Below, in pieces: positions 1-9,418 of a stretch of 32,000 nucleotides of DNA. Each line of letters begins with the position of its first letter. The stretch's first letter is position 1. The notes under the pieces are model-generated. The model did not search any database, had not been told where the DNA came from, and was given only the letters and a program-made list of their open reading frames with translations. The stretch is from Paracoccus suum (GTDB lineage Bacteria > Pseudomonadota > Alphaproteobacteria > Rhodobacterales > Rhodobacteraceae), in assembly GCF_003324675.1 (NCBI RefSeq), contig NZ_CP030918.1, forward strand, positions 1,020,001 to 1,052,000, in the 5' to 3' direction. The position numbers were made by a program, and so were the translations under genes.

Positions 1-41
1 GCCACGGTCACGGGGACGCTGTCCTTGCGAAAGACTGCCAT
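1..41 (-). CDS. Possible 5' end of a downstream CDS, translationally coupled to the thiolase gene (runs off the window)
   Basis: On the minus strand the thiolase stop TGA (43..41) overlaps an ATG (41..39) as TGATG. The frame reads MAVFRKDSVPVTV and stays open to the window edge. Only 13 codons are visible, so there is no family assignment. Confidence 0.3.
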   Translation of the reverse strand, partial: MAVFRKDSVPVTV

Positions 42-1252
42 CAGACGCGCTCGATCATGGTCGCGGCGCCCATGCCGCTGGCGATGCAGAGCGTGGCGAG
101 GCCCACTTCCTTGTCCTGCCGCTCCAACTCGTCCAGCAGGGTGCCGATGATGATCGCCCCCGTCGCGCCGAGCGGGTGGCCCATCGCCATGGCGCCGCCG
201 TTGACGTTGACTCGGGCCGGGTCGACCTGGAACGCCTGCATGAAGCGCAGGACCACGGCCGCGAAAGCCTCGTTGACCTCGAACAGGTCGATGTCGCCGA
301 TGCTCATGCCGCTGTCGCGCAGGATCTTTTCGGTTACCGGTACCGGGCCGGTCAGCATGATGGTCGGGTCGGTGCCGATCTTTGCGGTCGCCCGGATGCG
401 GGCGCGCGGGTTCAGGCCCATCGCCTCGCCCCACTCCTTGCTGCCCACCAGCACAGCCGCTGCGCCATCGACGATCCCGCTGGAGTTTCCGGCGTGGTGG
501 ATGTGCTCGATCCGGTCGAGATGCGGATATTTCAGCATCGCCACCTTGTCGAAGCCGGGCATGGCCTCGCCCATGTCCTTGAAGGCGGGCTTGAGGGCCG
601 CAAGGCTCTCCATCGTCGTCTCGGGGCGCATGTATTCGTCGCGCTCGAGGATGGTCAGCCCGTTCTGGTCCAGTGCCGGCACGATGGATTTCGCGAACCG
701 GCCTTCATCCCATGCCTGCTTGGCACGGCGTTGCGATTCCACGGCCAGCTTGTCGGCCTCCTCGCGGGTAAAGCCGTACTCGGTGGCGATGATATCGGCG
801 GAAATACCCTGCGGGACGAAATAGGTCTTCATGGCCAGCGACGGATCGACCGCGATGGCGGCGCCATCACTCCCCATGGCAACGCGGCCCATCATCTCGA
901 CCCCGCCGGCGAGATAGGCCTGTCCGGCCCCGCCCTTGATCTGGTTGGCGGCAAGGTTCACCGCTTCCATCCCGCTGGCGCAAAAACGGTTGACCGAGAG
1001 GCCCGGGATCGATTCGTCGAGGTCCGAGGCCAGCACGGCGCTGCGGGCAAGGCAGCCGCCCTGCTCCATCACCTGGGTAACGTTGCCCCAGATCACGTCC
1101 TCGACGGCGTGGCCCTCCAGGCCGCTGCGTTCTTTCATCGCGTTCAGCAGGCGGGCCGACAACGCCAGCGAGGTCACCTCGTGCAGGCCGCCATCGGCCC
1201 GCCCCTTGCCGCGCGGCGTGCGGGCGGCGTCAAAGATGTAAGCGTCGGTCAT
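41..1252 (-). CDS. Acetyl-CoA C-acyltransferase (thiolase), about 403 aa
   Basis: The translation has thiolase hallmarks: NRFCASG active-site Cys, GHPLGATG, and C-terminal CIASGMG. The start is set at MTDAYIFDAARTPRGKG (ATG 1252..1250), preceded by GGAGGA. The 55-codon upstream extension in the ORF track is Arg/Pro-rich and lies in the intergenic repeat region. Confidence 0.9.
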   Translation of the reverse strand: MTDAYIFDAARTPRGKGRADGGLHEVTSLALSARLLNAMKERSGLEGHAVEDVIWGNVTQVMEQGGCLARSAVLASDLDESIPGLSVNRFCASGMEAVNLAANQIKGGAGQAYLAGGVEMMGRVAMGSDGAAIAVDPSLAMKTYFVPQGISADIIATEYGFTREEADKLAVESQRRAKQAWDEGRFAKSIVPALDQNGLTILERDEYMRPETTMESLAALKPAFKDMGEAMPGFDKVAMLKYPHLDRIEHIHHAGNSSGIVDGAAAVLVGSKEWGEAMGLNPRARIRATAKIGTDPTIMLTGPVPVTEKILRDSGMSIGDIDLFEVNEAFAAVVLRFMQAFQVDPARVNVNGGAMAMGHPLGATGAIIIGTLLDELERQDKEVGLATLCIASGMGAATMIERV

Positions 1253-1291
1253 GTGTCCTCCTGGAACGCGTGCGGGAGGGCGCTGTCGCAG

Positions 1292-1340
1292 CCGGGGGCT
1301 TCGCGCCCCCGGACCCCCGCGGGATATTTGCGCAAGCAAG
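1292..1340 (+). repeat. Intergenic repeat copy A: GC hairpin plus the 20-mer GGGATATTTGCGCAAGCAAG
   Basis: Hairpin CCGGGGGC-ttcgc-GCCCCCGG (1292-1312), an 8-nt spacer, then the 20-mer at 1321-1340. The 20-mer is the reverse complement (19/20) of 1499-1518. Confidence 0.7.
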
Positions 1341-1498
1341 ATGCCTGCAAAGGAATTTTTAAGGTTTTGTCGGCAGGCTGCGGGGGCGGTACAGGCTGGG
1401 AAGCCGATGACCGCCAAGCGAGAAGCCGTCCCGGTCCCGCCGGTGAAAGATCCTGTCGCCCTTGGATGGGCGGGGGGCCGGGACGCACCGCGTGGTTT

Positions 1499-1540
1499 CT
1501 TGCTTGCCCAAATATCCCTGCCGGAGGCATCGCCGCCTCC
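1499..1540 (-). repeat. Intergenic repeat copy B (inverted): 20-mer CTTGCTTGCCCAAATATCCC plus a GC hairpin
   Basis: 1499-1518 is the inverted partner of 1321-1340 with one mismatch. It is followed after 4 nt by the hairpin GGAGGC-atcgcc-GCCTCC (1523-1540). Confidence 0.7.
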
Positions 1541-1577
1541 CCACGCGGGTAAGTCCGGGGGCAGGGCGCGGGCATGA

Positions 1578-3356
1578 TCAGAATGCCTCGGCCGGCAGCG
1601 CCATGACGGTGTCGGCGCCGCTGCGAATCCGCGCGAGATGCATCGCCGTCGCCGGCAGCTGGCGCGCCATGTAATAGCGTGCTGTCGCCAGCTTGGCCTC
1701 CATAAAGGCGCGGTCGGCGGCCGGATCGGCCAGCGCTTTTTGTGCGGCGGTCGCCATGCGCGCCCACATCAGGCCCAGCACGGTATGGCCGAACAGGTGC
1801 AGGAAGTCGGTCGACCCGGCGAGGGCGTCGTTGGGATTCTTCATCCCGCGCTCCATGAAGAACATGGCCGCGGCCTGCAGGTCCCTGGAGGCGGCCTTGA
1901 GCGGCTCCAGCACGTCGGTTTTCACGCCTTCCTCGCCCTCGTGTTCCTTGATGAAGGACTTGATGATCTCGAAAAAGGCCATCATCGGCTTGCCGCCGTC
2001 GGCAGCCAGCTTGCGGCCGACGAGGTCCAGCGCCTGCACGCCGTTCGCGCCCTCGTAGATCTGGGTGATGCGGGCGTCGCGCACGAACTGGGACATGCCC
2101 CATTCCTCGATATAGCCGTGGCCGCCGTAGACCTGTTGCGCAAGGACGGTGGACTCAAAGCCCTTGTCGGTCAGGAATCCCTTCACGACCGGGGTCAACA
2201 GCGACACGAGGCCCAGCGCCTCGGCGTCTTGCCCCAGATGGGCACGGTCGATCAGTTGCGCGGACCAAGCGGCCAGGGCGCGGGCGCCTTCGACGAAGGC
2301 GCGCTGATCCATCAGCATGCGGCGCACGTCCGGGTGGACGATGATCGGATCGGCGGGCCGCGAGGGGTTCGCGGCGCCGGTCACGGCGCGGCCCTGCAGG
2401 CGGTCGCGGGCATAGATGACGGCATTCTGATAGGCGGCCTCGGCGACGGCATAGCCCTGCAGGCCGACGCCAACGCGCGCCTCGTTCATCATGGTGAACA
2501 TGGCGCGCATACCCTTGTGCAACTCGCCCAGCAGCCACCCCTTCGCGCCGTCATAGTTCATCACGCAGGTGGCATTGCCGTGAATGCCCATCTTTTCTTC
2601 CAGATTGCCGACGCTGACGCCGTTGCGCGCGCCCAGCGTTCCGTCTGCATTCACCAGAAACTTGGGCACGATGAAAAGGCTGATCCCCTTGGTTCCCTCG
2701 CCCCCGCCCGGGGCCTTGGCCAGCACCAGGTGGATGACGTTCTCCGCCAGGTCGTGATCGCCGGCCGAGATGAAAATCTTTTGGCCCGTGATCAGGTAGC
2801 TGCTATCCTCCTGCGGCTCGGCCTTCGTGCGCAGCAGGCCCAGATCGGTGCCGCAATGCGGCTCGGTCAGGTTCATCGTGCCGGTCCATTCGCAGGACGC
2901 CATCTTCGGCAGATAGGTCTGCTTTTGCGCTGCATCGCCATGGGTGTGGATCGCCGAATAGGCGCCGTGGGTCAGGCCCTGGTACATGTTGAACGCCATG
3001 TTGGCCGAGACGAACATCTCGCCGGTGGTCATGCCCAGAAGGTAGGGCATCCCCTGGCCGCCGTATTCCGGGTCCAGATCGAGCGCGGTCCAGCCGCCTT
3101 CGCGCACCTGCTCGAACGCCGCCTTGAAGCCGTCGGGCGTGCGCACCACGCCATTTTCCAGCACGCAGCCTTGTCGATCGCCGGGCAGGTTCAGCGGCGC
3201 CAGCACGTCCGAGGCCAGGGCGCCCGCCGCCTCGAGGATCGCGCCGGTGAAATCGCGGTCGAGGTCCTCGTGACCGGGCAGGCCGGACTGGCTGATGCCG
3301 AGCAGGTCGTGCAGCACGAACTGCAGGTCGCGGACGGGGGCGGTATAGCTGGGCAT
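1578..3356 (-). CDS. Acyl-CoA dehydrogenase, long (about 592 aa) form with a C-terminal extension
   Basis: Full-length ORF starting at ATG 3356, preceded by GAGGAGA. The sequence has acyl-CoA dehydrogenase N, middle and C-terminal domain features ([38 protein letters not shown]). The size is typical of the roughly 600-aa FadE-like enzymes of alphaproteobacteria. Confidence 0.9.
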   Translation of the reverse strand: MPSYTAPVRDLQFVLHDLLGISQSGLPGHEDLDRDFTGAILEAAGALASDVLAPLNLPGDRQGCVLENGVVRTPDGFKAAFEQVREGGWTALDLDPEYGGQGMPYLLGMTTGEMFVSANMAFNMYQGLTHGAYSAIHTHGDAAQKQTYLPKMASCEWTGTMNLTEPHCGTDLGLLRTKAEPQEDSSYLITGQKIFISAGDHDLAENVIHLVLAKAPGGGEGTKGISLFIVPKFLVNADGTLGARNGVSVGNLEEKMGIHGNATCVMNYDGAKGWLLGELHKGMRAMFTMMNEARVGVGLQGYAVAEAAYQNAVIYARDRLQGRAVTGAANPSRPADPIIVHPDVRRMLMDQRAFVEGARALAAWSAQLIDRAHLGQDAEALGLVSLLTPVVKGFLTDKGFESTVLAQQVYGGHGYIEEWGMSQFVRDARITQIYEGANGVQALDLVGRKLAADGGKPMMAFFEIIKSFIKEHEGEEGVKTDVLEPLKAASRDLQAAAMFFMERGMKNPNDALAGSTDFLHLFGHTVLGLMWARMATAAQKALADPAADRAFMEAKLATARYYMARQLPATAMHLARIRSGADTVMALPAEAF

Positions 3357-3407
3357 GTCGTCTCCTCGGTAGGCGCGGCGGAGGGGCAGGGTGGCCTGCG
3401 CCGCGTT

Positions 3408-3878
3408 TCAGTTAGATTTTTCGGGGGCAGAGGCTGCGATCTGGCGTTCCGCAATGGCGATCAGATCGTTGAGTTCGGCGATGGCGAGGCCAAGGTCGCG
3501 CCGTTGCGCCTCCATGTCGGCCAGCCGGGCGCGGGCGACGGCAAGTGCCGCCTCGGTCTGGGCGTGGTTGCGGTTGCTGGGCTCGTAGAGGTCGAGCAGT
3601 TGGCGGATCTGCTCAAGGCTGAAGCCAAAGCGTTTGCCGCGCACAATCAACGTCAGCCGGGCCCGGTCGCGGCGGCCATACAGCCGCTGCTGTCCGCGCC
3701 GCAACGGTGCCAGCAGGTCGCGCGACTCGTAGAACCGCAACGCGCGGGCGGTGACGTCGAAGGCAGCGCACATCTGGCGGATGGTCATCAGCGAGTCGTC
3801 TGATGCGGGCGCGGCGGCCGGGGCGCGCGCCGGATCGGGCTTTTCGGCGGGATCGGGCAGGCTGGCGGCGCTGGTCAT
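3408..3878 (-). CDS. MerR-family transcriptional regulator (LiuR-like context)
   Basis: Helix-turn-helix segment MTIRQMCAAFDVTARALRFYESRDLLAPLRRGQQRLY, followed by a coiled-coil dimerisation helix. ATG 3878 is preceded by GAGGAGGAG at good spacing. It is the first gene upstream of the acyl-CoA dehydrogenase and thiolase on the same strand. Confidence 0.85.
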   Translation of the reverse strand: MTSAASLPDPAEKPDPARAPAAAPASDDSLMTIRQMCAAFDVTARALRFYESRDLLAPLRRGQQRLYGRRDRARLTLIVRGKRFGFSLEQIRQLLDLYEPSNRNHAQTEAALAVARARLADMEAQRRDLGLAIAELNDLIAIAERQIAASAPEKSN

Positions 3879-3920
3879 GAGACCGTCTCCTCCTCGGTTC
3901 GCGGACAGGCTAGCGCGAAG

Positions 3921-3936
3921 TTGACGTTTGCGTAAA
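3921..3936. promoter_or_regulatory. Imperfect inverted repeat TTGACG-N4-CGTAAA, candidate MerR-type operator in the merR-operon promoter region
   Basis: TTGACGTTTGCGTAAA lies 43 bp upstream of the MerR-family start codon. The half-sites are TTGACG and TTTACG (one mismatch). On the minus strand TTTACG could also serve as a -35 element. No experimental or database support is available here. Confidence 0.35.
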
Positions 3937-3976
3937 CGAAACGCTGCGTCAGTCCCGGGGTCGCCCGGCCCTGCCG

Positions 3977-4621
3977 CTATCCGCAGCCCGCGACGCGCAA
4001 GGTCAGGTTCACGCGCCCGCCACCCGGCACAAGGTTGCTGCTGCCCTCGCGGATGCGGTCGATGCCGTGGAACGCCAATCGCGCCGAACCCGCCAGCACC
4101 AGCACGTCCCCGGAATTAAGCCAGACGCTCTCGGTCGGGTCGCCGCGTTCGGTCCCGCCGATCCGAAACAACGCTGCATCGCCCAGGCTGACGGAAACGA
4201 CCGGCTGGCCGAAATCGGCCTCGTCCCGATCCTGGTGGAGACCCATTCGCGCGCGCCCGCGATAAAGGTTGACCAGCAGGCTGTCTGGGGCCTGCGCCTC
4301 GGGCACCACGGCCCGCCAGAGAGCCAGCAGCGCCTCGGGGATCGGGGGCCAGGGGTTGCCATCGTCCTGCGTCGGGGCATAGCGATAGCCGCGTCGGTCC
4401 GAGGTCCAACCGCAGGCCCCGGCCGCACTCATCGACACGCTCAGTGGCTTGTTCCAGCGCGTCAGCAACTGGCGGGGCGGGGCGGCGGCCCAGATGCGCG
4501 CCACATCCGCCATCAGCGCCGCCTGCGCGTCGGGGTCCAGAAGGCCCGGCCAAAGACTGGCCCCGCGGATCGTCAATGCAGCCTTTGCCGCCTGTCCGGG
4601 CAAAATCTGCGAAAAGCTCAT
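3977..4621 (-). CDS. alkB: Alpha-ketoglutarate-dependent dioxygenase AlkB (DNA/RNA alkylation repair)
   Basis: 2OG-Fe(II) oxygenase motifs are present: MGLHQDRDE (HxD), AFHGIDRI (distal His) and RVNLTLR (2OG-binding Arg). Length is 214 aa. ATG 4621 is preceded by GAGGA. Confidence 0.88.
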   Translation of the reverse strand: MSFSQILPGQAAKAALTIRGASLWPGLLDPDAQAALMADVARIWAAAPPRQLLTRWNKPLSVSMSAAGACGWTSDRRGYRYAPTQDDGNPWPPIPEALLALWRAVVPEAQAPDSLLVNLYRGRARMGLHQDRDEADFGQPVVSVSLGDAALFRIGGTERGDPTESVWLNSGDVLVLAGSARLAFHGIDRIREGSSNLVPGGGRVNLTLRVAGCG

Positions 4622-4664
4622 CGAAAATCCTCTGAAAACCAGCGCAGGACGCGCGGCGGCCGCG

Positions 4665-4694
4665 CTTGCAGCGCCAAATTGCCCTACCTATATA
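4665..4694 (+). promoter_or_regulatory. Candidate RpoH (sigma-32)-type promoter of dnaK, distal
   Basis: CTTG (4665-4668), 18 nt, then CCTATATA (4687-4694). This fits the alphaproteobacterial heat-shock promoter pattern CTTG-N17/18-CYTATNT and lies about 135 nt upstream of the dnaK ATG. Confidence 0.45.
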
Positions 4695-4780
4695 GCCACC
4701 GAACCGCCCTAACCACCGCTGGCCCTTTCAGGTCGCGGCCGGAAGGGGCAGATCATGCAATCGGGATCGGGCCACGGAGG

Positions 4781-4806
4781 CCTCAAAGGGTCCGCGGCCC
4801 CCATAT
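4781..4806 (+). promoter_or_regulatory. Second candidate sigma-32-like element, proximal to dnaK
   Basis: CCCCATAT (4799-4806) is a perfect match to the E. coli-type -10 CCCCATNT. The -35 is poor (CCTCAA) and the spacer of about 12 nt is short. Confidence 0.3.
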
Positions 4807-4830
4807 CGCCATACGAAAGGTGCATACAGC

Positions 4831-6753
4831 ATGTCGAAAGTTATCGGGATCGATCTCGGGACCACCAACAGCGTCGTCGGGATCATGGATGGCAGCCAGC
4901 CCAAGGTCATCGAAAATGCCGAAGGCGCCCGCACGACCCCCTCGATCGTCGCCTTTACCGACAACGAGCGTCTGGTCGGCCAGCCGGCGAAACGCCAGGC
5001 GGTCACCAACCCCGAGAATACCGTTTTTGCCGTCAAACGCCTGATCGGCCGGCGCGTCACCGACGCCGAGGTCGAAAAGGACAAGGGCCTGGTGCCCTAC
5101 AAGATCGTCGACGGCGGCAACGGCGATGCCTGGGTCGAAGTGCGCGACGACAAGTATTCGCCCGCCCAGGTCAGCGCCATGATCCTTCAGAAGATGAAGG
5201 AAACCGCCGAGAGCTATCTGGGCGAGCCGGTGACCCAGGCGGTCATCACGGTCCCCGCCTATTTCAACGACGCCCAGCGTCAGGCGACCAAGGACGCGGG
5301 CAAGATCGCTGGCCTCGAAGTGCTGCGCATCATCAACGAGCCGACCGCGGCGGCCCTCGCCTATGGTCTGGACAAGAAGGACAGCAAGACGATCGCGGTC
5401 TATGATCTCGGCGGCGGCACCTTCGACATCACCATCCTGGAAATCGACGACGGCCTCTTCGAGGTGAAATCGACCAACGGGGATACTTTCCTCGGCGGCG
5501 AAGACTTCGACATGAAGATCGTCCAGTACCTCGCCGACGAGTTCAAAAAGGAACACGGCGTCGACCTGACCAAGGACAAGATGGCCCTGCAGCGCCTGAA
5601 AGAGGCGGCAGAAAAGGCCAAGATCGAGCTGTCGAGCGCCAGCCAGACAGAGATCAACCAGCCGTTCATCAGCATGGACAAGAACAGCGGCACGCCGCTG
5701 CACATGGTGATGAAGCTGACCCGGGCCAAGCTGGAATCGCTGGTGGGCGATCTGATCAAGCGGACCGTCAAGCCGCTGCAGGAGGCGCTGAAGGACGCCG
5801 GCCTCAGCAAGTCCGACATCGACGAGGTGGTTCTGGTCGGCGGCATGACCCGCATGCCCAAGGTCATCGAGGAGGTCACCGCCTTCTTCGGCAAGGAGCC
5901 GCACAAGGGCGTCAACCCCGATGAGGTCGTGGCCCTCGGCGCTGCCATCCAGGCCGGCGTTCTCCAGGGCGACGTCAAGGACGTCGTGCTGCTCGACGTG
6001 ACGCCCCTGTCGCTGGGGATCGAGACGCTGGGCGGTGTCTTCACCCGCCTGATCGACCGCAACACCACCATCCCGACCAAGAAGTCGCAGACCTTCTCGA
6101 CCGCCGAGGACAACCAGAACGCGGTGACCATCCGCGTCTTCCAGGGCGAGCGCGAGATGGCTGCCGACAACAAGCTGCTGGGCCAGTTCAACCTCGAGGA
6201 CATTCCGCCGGCCCCGCGCGGCATGCCCCAGATCGAGGTGACGTTCGACATCGACGCCAACGGCATCGTTTCGGTCAGTGCCAAGGACAAGGGCACCGGC
6301 AAGACCCAGAACATCACCATCCAGGCGTCCGGCGGCCTCAGCGACGAGGACATCGAGCGGATGGTCAAGGACGCCGAGCAGAACGCCGAGTCGGACAAGG
6401 GCCGGCGCGAACTGGTCGAGGCCAAGAACCAGGCCGAGAGCCTGATCCACTCGACCCGTAAGTCGCTGGACGAGCATGGCGACAAAGTCGACGGCTCGAC
6501 CGTCGAGGCGATCGAACTCGCCATCGGCGCGCTGGAAGAATCGCTCAAGTCCGAGGATCCGGGCAAGGTGCGCAGCGGCATCCAGAACCTGATGGACGCG
6601 TCGATGAAGCTGGGCGAGGCGATCTACAAGGCCGGCCAGACCAGCGGCGGCGATGATGGCGCCCCCGAGCCCGAAGAAGGTCCGCGCAGCGTCGATGACG
6701 ACATCGTCGATGCGGACTTCGAGGACCTCGGCGACGACCGCAAGCGCAAGTAA
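4831..6753 (+). CDS. dnaK: Molecular chaperone DnaK (Hsp70)
   Basis: Unmistakable Hsp70 sequence: [28 protein letters not shown], and an acidic C-terminal tail. Length is 640 aa. Confidence 0.99.
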   Translation: MSKVIGIDLGTTNSVVGIMDGSQPKVIENAEGARTTPSIVAFTDNERLVGQPAKRQAVTNPENTVFAVKRLIGRRVTDAEVEKDKGLVPYKIVDGGNGDAWVEVRDDKYSPAQVSAMILQKMKETAESYLGEPVTQAVITVPAYFNDAQRQATKDAGKIAGLEVLRIINEPTAAALAYGLDKKDSKTIAVYDLGGGTFDITILEIDDGLFEVKSTNGDTFLGGEDFDMKIVQYLADEFKKEHGVDLTKDKMALQRLKEAAEKAKIELSSASQTEINQPFISMDKNSGTPLHMVMKLTRAKLESLVGDLIKRTVKPLQEALKDAGLSKSDIDEVVLVGGMTRMPKVIEEVTAFFGKEPHKGVNPDEVVALGAAIQAGVLQGDVKDVVLLDVTPLSLGIETLGGVFTRLIDRNTTIPTKKSQTFSTAEDNQNAVTIRVFQGEREMAADNKLLGQFNLEDIPPAPRGMPQIEVTFDIDANGIVSVSAKDKGTGKTQNITIQASGGLSDEDIERMVKDAEQNAESDKGRRELVEAKNQAESLIHSTRKSLDEHGDKVDGSTVEAIELAIGALEESLKSEDPGKVRSGIQNLMDASMKLGEAIYKAGQTSGGDDGAPEPEEGPRSVDDDIVDADFEDLGDDRKRK

Positions 6754-6769
6754 GGCGCGACATCAACCG

Positions 6770-6806
6770 GGTCGGCCCGCAGCTTGATCGCTGGGGCCGA
6801 CCTTTT
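6770..6806 (+). terminator. Hairpin plus T-tract between dnaK and dnaJ (partial terminator/attenuator)
   Basis: A 9-bp stem GGTCGGCCC / GGGCCGACC (6770-6778 with 6794-6802), a 15-nt loop, then TTTT (6803-6806). Confidence 0.5.
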
Positions 6807-6841
6807 CGATCATGATCTGGCACAGAAAGACGCAAGGCTAG

Positions 6842-7984
6842 ATGGCGAAACGCGACTTTTACCAGCTGCTGGGCATCTCGCGCGGGGCCACCGGCGACGA
6901 GATCAAGAAGGCCTACCGCACCAAGGCCAAAGAGCTGCACCCCGACCGCAACCAGGATTGCAAGATCTCGGAAGCGGGCTTCAAGGAGGTGAACGAGGCT
7001 TACGAGGTGCTGCGCGATCCACAAAAGCGTGCCGCCTATGACCGTTTCGGCCATGCCGCCTTCGAGGGCGGGATGGGCGGAGGCGGCTTTCACCATCCGG
7101 GTGATTTCGGCAGCGCCTTTGCCGATGTGTTCGAGGACCTGTTCGGCGATTACGTCGGCGCCCGCGGTGCCCGCAACCGCGCCGCCCGCGGCCAGGACCT
7201 GCGTTACAACCTGCGCGTCACGCTGGAAGAGGCGTTTACGGGTATCGTCAAGCAGATCACGGTCCCTGGCTCGACGGCCTGCGGCGCCTGCAACGGCACC
7301 GGCGCCGAGGGCGCAGCCGAGCCCGCAACCTGCCCGACCTGCGCCGGCATGGGGAAGGTCCGCGCCAGCCAGGGCTTTTTCACCGTCGAGCGCACTTGCC
7401 CGACCTGCAATGGCGCCGGACAGATCGTCAAGAATCCCTGCAACGCCTGCGACGGCAGCGGCCGGATCGAAAAGGACCGGACGCTCTCGGTCACCATCCC
7501 CGCCGGCGTCGAGAGCGGCACCCGCATCCGCCTCGCCGGCGAGGGCGAGGCCGGCAGCCGCGGCGGCCCGCAGGGCGATCTGTACATCTTCATCGAGGTG
7601 CGCGAGCACGAGATCTTCCTGCGCGATGGCCGCACCCTTGCCTGCCGCGTGCCCGTGGGCATGGCCTCGGCCGCGCTGGGCGGCGAGATCGAGGTGCCGA
7701 CCATCGATGGCGGTCGGTCCAAGGTGAAAATCCCGGCTGGCAGCCAGACCGGCAAGCAGATGCGCCTGCGTGGCAAGGGCATGCCGCCCCTGCGCCACGG
7801 CGCCGGGATGCAGGGCGAGCCGGGCGATATGCTGATCGAGATCATGGTCGAGACGCCGGTCAACCTGACGACCCGGCAGCGAGAGTTGCTGCGCGAATTC
7901 GACCAGATCGCCGCCGACAACAACCCGCAAAGCCAGAGCTTTTTCACCAAGGTGAAAGGGTTTTGGGAGGGCATGACGGGTTAA
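6842..7984 (+). CDS. dnaJ: Molecular chaperone DnaJ (Hsp40)
   Basis: J-domain with HPD (KELHPDRN), a Gly/Phe-rich linker, and four CxxCxGxG zinc-finger repeats ([32 protein letters not shown]). Length is 380 aa. Confidence 0.98.
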   Translation: MAKRDFYQLLGISRGATGDEIKKAYRTKAKELHPDRNQDCKISEAGFKEVNEAYEVLRDPQKRAAYDRFGHAAFEGGMGGGGFHHPGDFGSAFADVFEDLFGDYVGARGARNRAARGQDLRYNLRVTLEEAFTGIVKQITVPGSTACGACNGTGAEGAAEPATCPTCAGMGKVRASQGFFTVERTCPTCNGAGQIVKNPCNACDGSGRIEKDRTLSVTIPAGVESGTRIRLAGEGEAGSRGGPQGDLYIFIEVREHEIFLRDGRTLACRVPVGMASAALGGEIEVPTIDGGRSKVKIPAGSQTGKQMRLRGKGMPPLRHGAGMQGEPGDMLIEIMVETPVNLTTRQRELLREFDQIAADNNPQSQSFFTKVKGFWEGMTG

Positions 7985-8326
7985 TTTTTCTGGGATTAGG
8001 CCTGCATCGGTTGCCGACGCTGTTAGCTTCCGATGAGGTCGGTCCGCGAATGCGCGCCACGTCTTATCCCACGCGAGCGTTAAGTATTCGCTGCCGGAAA
8101 CTCCGACCGCTACTGGGCGCGCCCCTGATTCCCGCGTGGACTGGCCGCTGACGACGCCTGTTAGAGGCGGGCATCTGATAGAGCGCTTTTGCTGGCTCTG
8201 AAGCCGCGAGCCCGAGCCTTAGTCTGCCGCTATGAGGTCAGACGGGCGCAACGGACCCTATGGGCGCACTTTGGACGATGCGATCCTCGCCGGGTTTTCG
8301 GCTCGCCCCCCAAGCCGAGCCGGCCA

Positions 8327-9115
8327 TTACAACAGCCCGGCAGACCGAAAGCTCAACTCCCTCCCTTTGCCGATCACCAGATGGTCGTGCAGCGTGATGC
8401 CCATCACGCCGCCCGCCTCGGCGATCCGGGCGGTCATGGTGATGTCCGCCTCGGACGGCGTCGGATCGCCCGAGGGATGGTTATGGACCAGGATCAATGC
8501 CGAGGCGTTCAGCTCCAGCGCGCGGCGGACGATCTCGCGCGGGTAGACCGGGACGTGATCGACGGTGCCGCGACCCTGCGCCTCGTCCGCGATCAGGACA
8601 TTCTTGCGATCGAGGAACAGCACCCGAAACTGCTCCACGGCCTCATGCGCCATGGCGGTCTGGCAATAGTCGAGCAGCGCCTGCCACGAACTGAGGACCG
8701 GACGCTGCAGCACGCGGGCGCGCGCAAGGCGGCGAGCGGCGGCCTCGACGATCTTCAACTCGGTGATGACCGCAGGCCCCACACCCGGTACCTCGCCCAA
8801 CCGCGGTGGGGCGGCGGACACCACGCCGTTGAAACAGCCAAAGCGGTCCAGAAGCCGCCGGGCGAGCGGCTTTACATCCTGGCGCGGGATGGCCCGGAAC
8901 AGCAGCAGTTCGAGCATTTCATAGTCGGGCAGGGCGTCGGCCCCGCCGGCCATGAACCGCTCGCGCAGGCGCGCGCGATGATCGGCGATATAAGATGGGG
9001 GTGCGGACCGCACCCCGCCGGCCACCATCTGCGGCGCGGCCTCGTCATCGGCCAGTGTCGCGGGCGCCGCGGAAAACAGCGGCATGGCTTCGTGAAAGGC
9101 GCGATTCGTCTCCAT
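8327..9115 (-). CDS. radC: RadC-family JAB/MPN-domain protein
   Basis: C-terminal JAMM motif (LILVHNHPSGDPTPSEAD) and a helix-hairpin-helix-like region (GVGPAVITELK). The start is placed at METNRAF (ATG 9115), with an alternative ATG at 9082. The 116-codon upstream extension in the ORF track is Arg/Gly-rich and runs into the petA promoter region. Confidence 0.8.
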   Translation of the reverse strand: METNRAFHEAMPLFSAAPATLADDEAAPQMVAGGVRSAPPSYIADHRARLRERFMAGGADALPDYEMLELLLFRAIPRQDVKPLARRLLDRFGCFNGVVSAAPPRLGEVPGVGPAVITELKIVEAAARRLARARVLQRPVLSSWQALLDYCQTAMAHEAVEQFRVLFLDRKNVLIADEAQGRGTVDHVPVYPREIVRRALELNASALILVHNHPSGDPTPSEADITMTARIAEAGGVMGITLHDHLVIGKGRELSFRSAGLL

Positions 9116-9418
9116 CCCCCCAGGTTGCGCGCGAGAACTGAAGGAAAGGTTAACCCGCACACCATGTCCGCCCGACGCACCATGCCCGCGCGCCGGTATC
9201 TGCGACCCGCTGTCGCATGGCGGCGGCCGCCTGCGGCCGATCAGGCTGGCGACGCGGCGCAAATCCCACAATGGCAACGCTTTGCGCGTCCCGTACCCTG
9301 GCCGCCGCTGGACTGACATGGAATTGATGGATAGAACGCCCGACGCAAGGGCGACCCACGGGGCCGCCTCCTCAAGGCATATCGGCCCCCTCTCGGCCCG
9401 GAATGGAGAACGTATCCC

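Noticed and set aside
1341-1380. Possible internal sigma-70 promoter for the thiolase gene (minus strand TTGCAG-N18-TATCCC with an AT-rich upstream tract)
   Set aside because: Both hexamers match the consensus at only about 3 of 6 positions, which is too weak to call from sequence alone. It is mentioned only as context for the inverted-repeat finding.
1638-3803. 721-aa plus-strand ORF, one of the longest ORFs in the track
   Set aside because: It lies antisense to the well-supported acyl-CoA dehydrogenase and MerR genes. The translation is Arg/Gly/Ala/His-rich with no motif, which is typical of a GC-rich shadow frame. The same reasoning applies to 57..824, 176..1552 and 1249..2103.
4783-7930. 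Long minus-strand ORFs 4783..6477, 5400..6581 and 6545..7930 opposite dnaK and dnaJ
   Set aside because: These are shadow frames of two unmistakable chaperone genes. Their sequences are low-complexity (L/D/G/R/A) and they have no RBS.
8189-9316. 375-aa plus-strand ORF starting in the dnaJ-radC spacer, and 8232..8546
   Set aside because: Both run antisense through radC, with Arg/Pro-rich shadow composition and no RBS.
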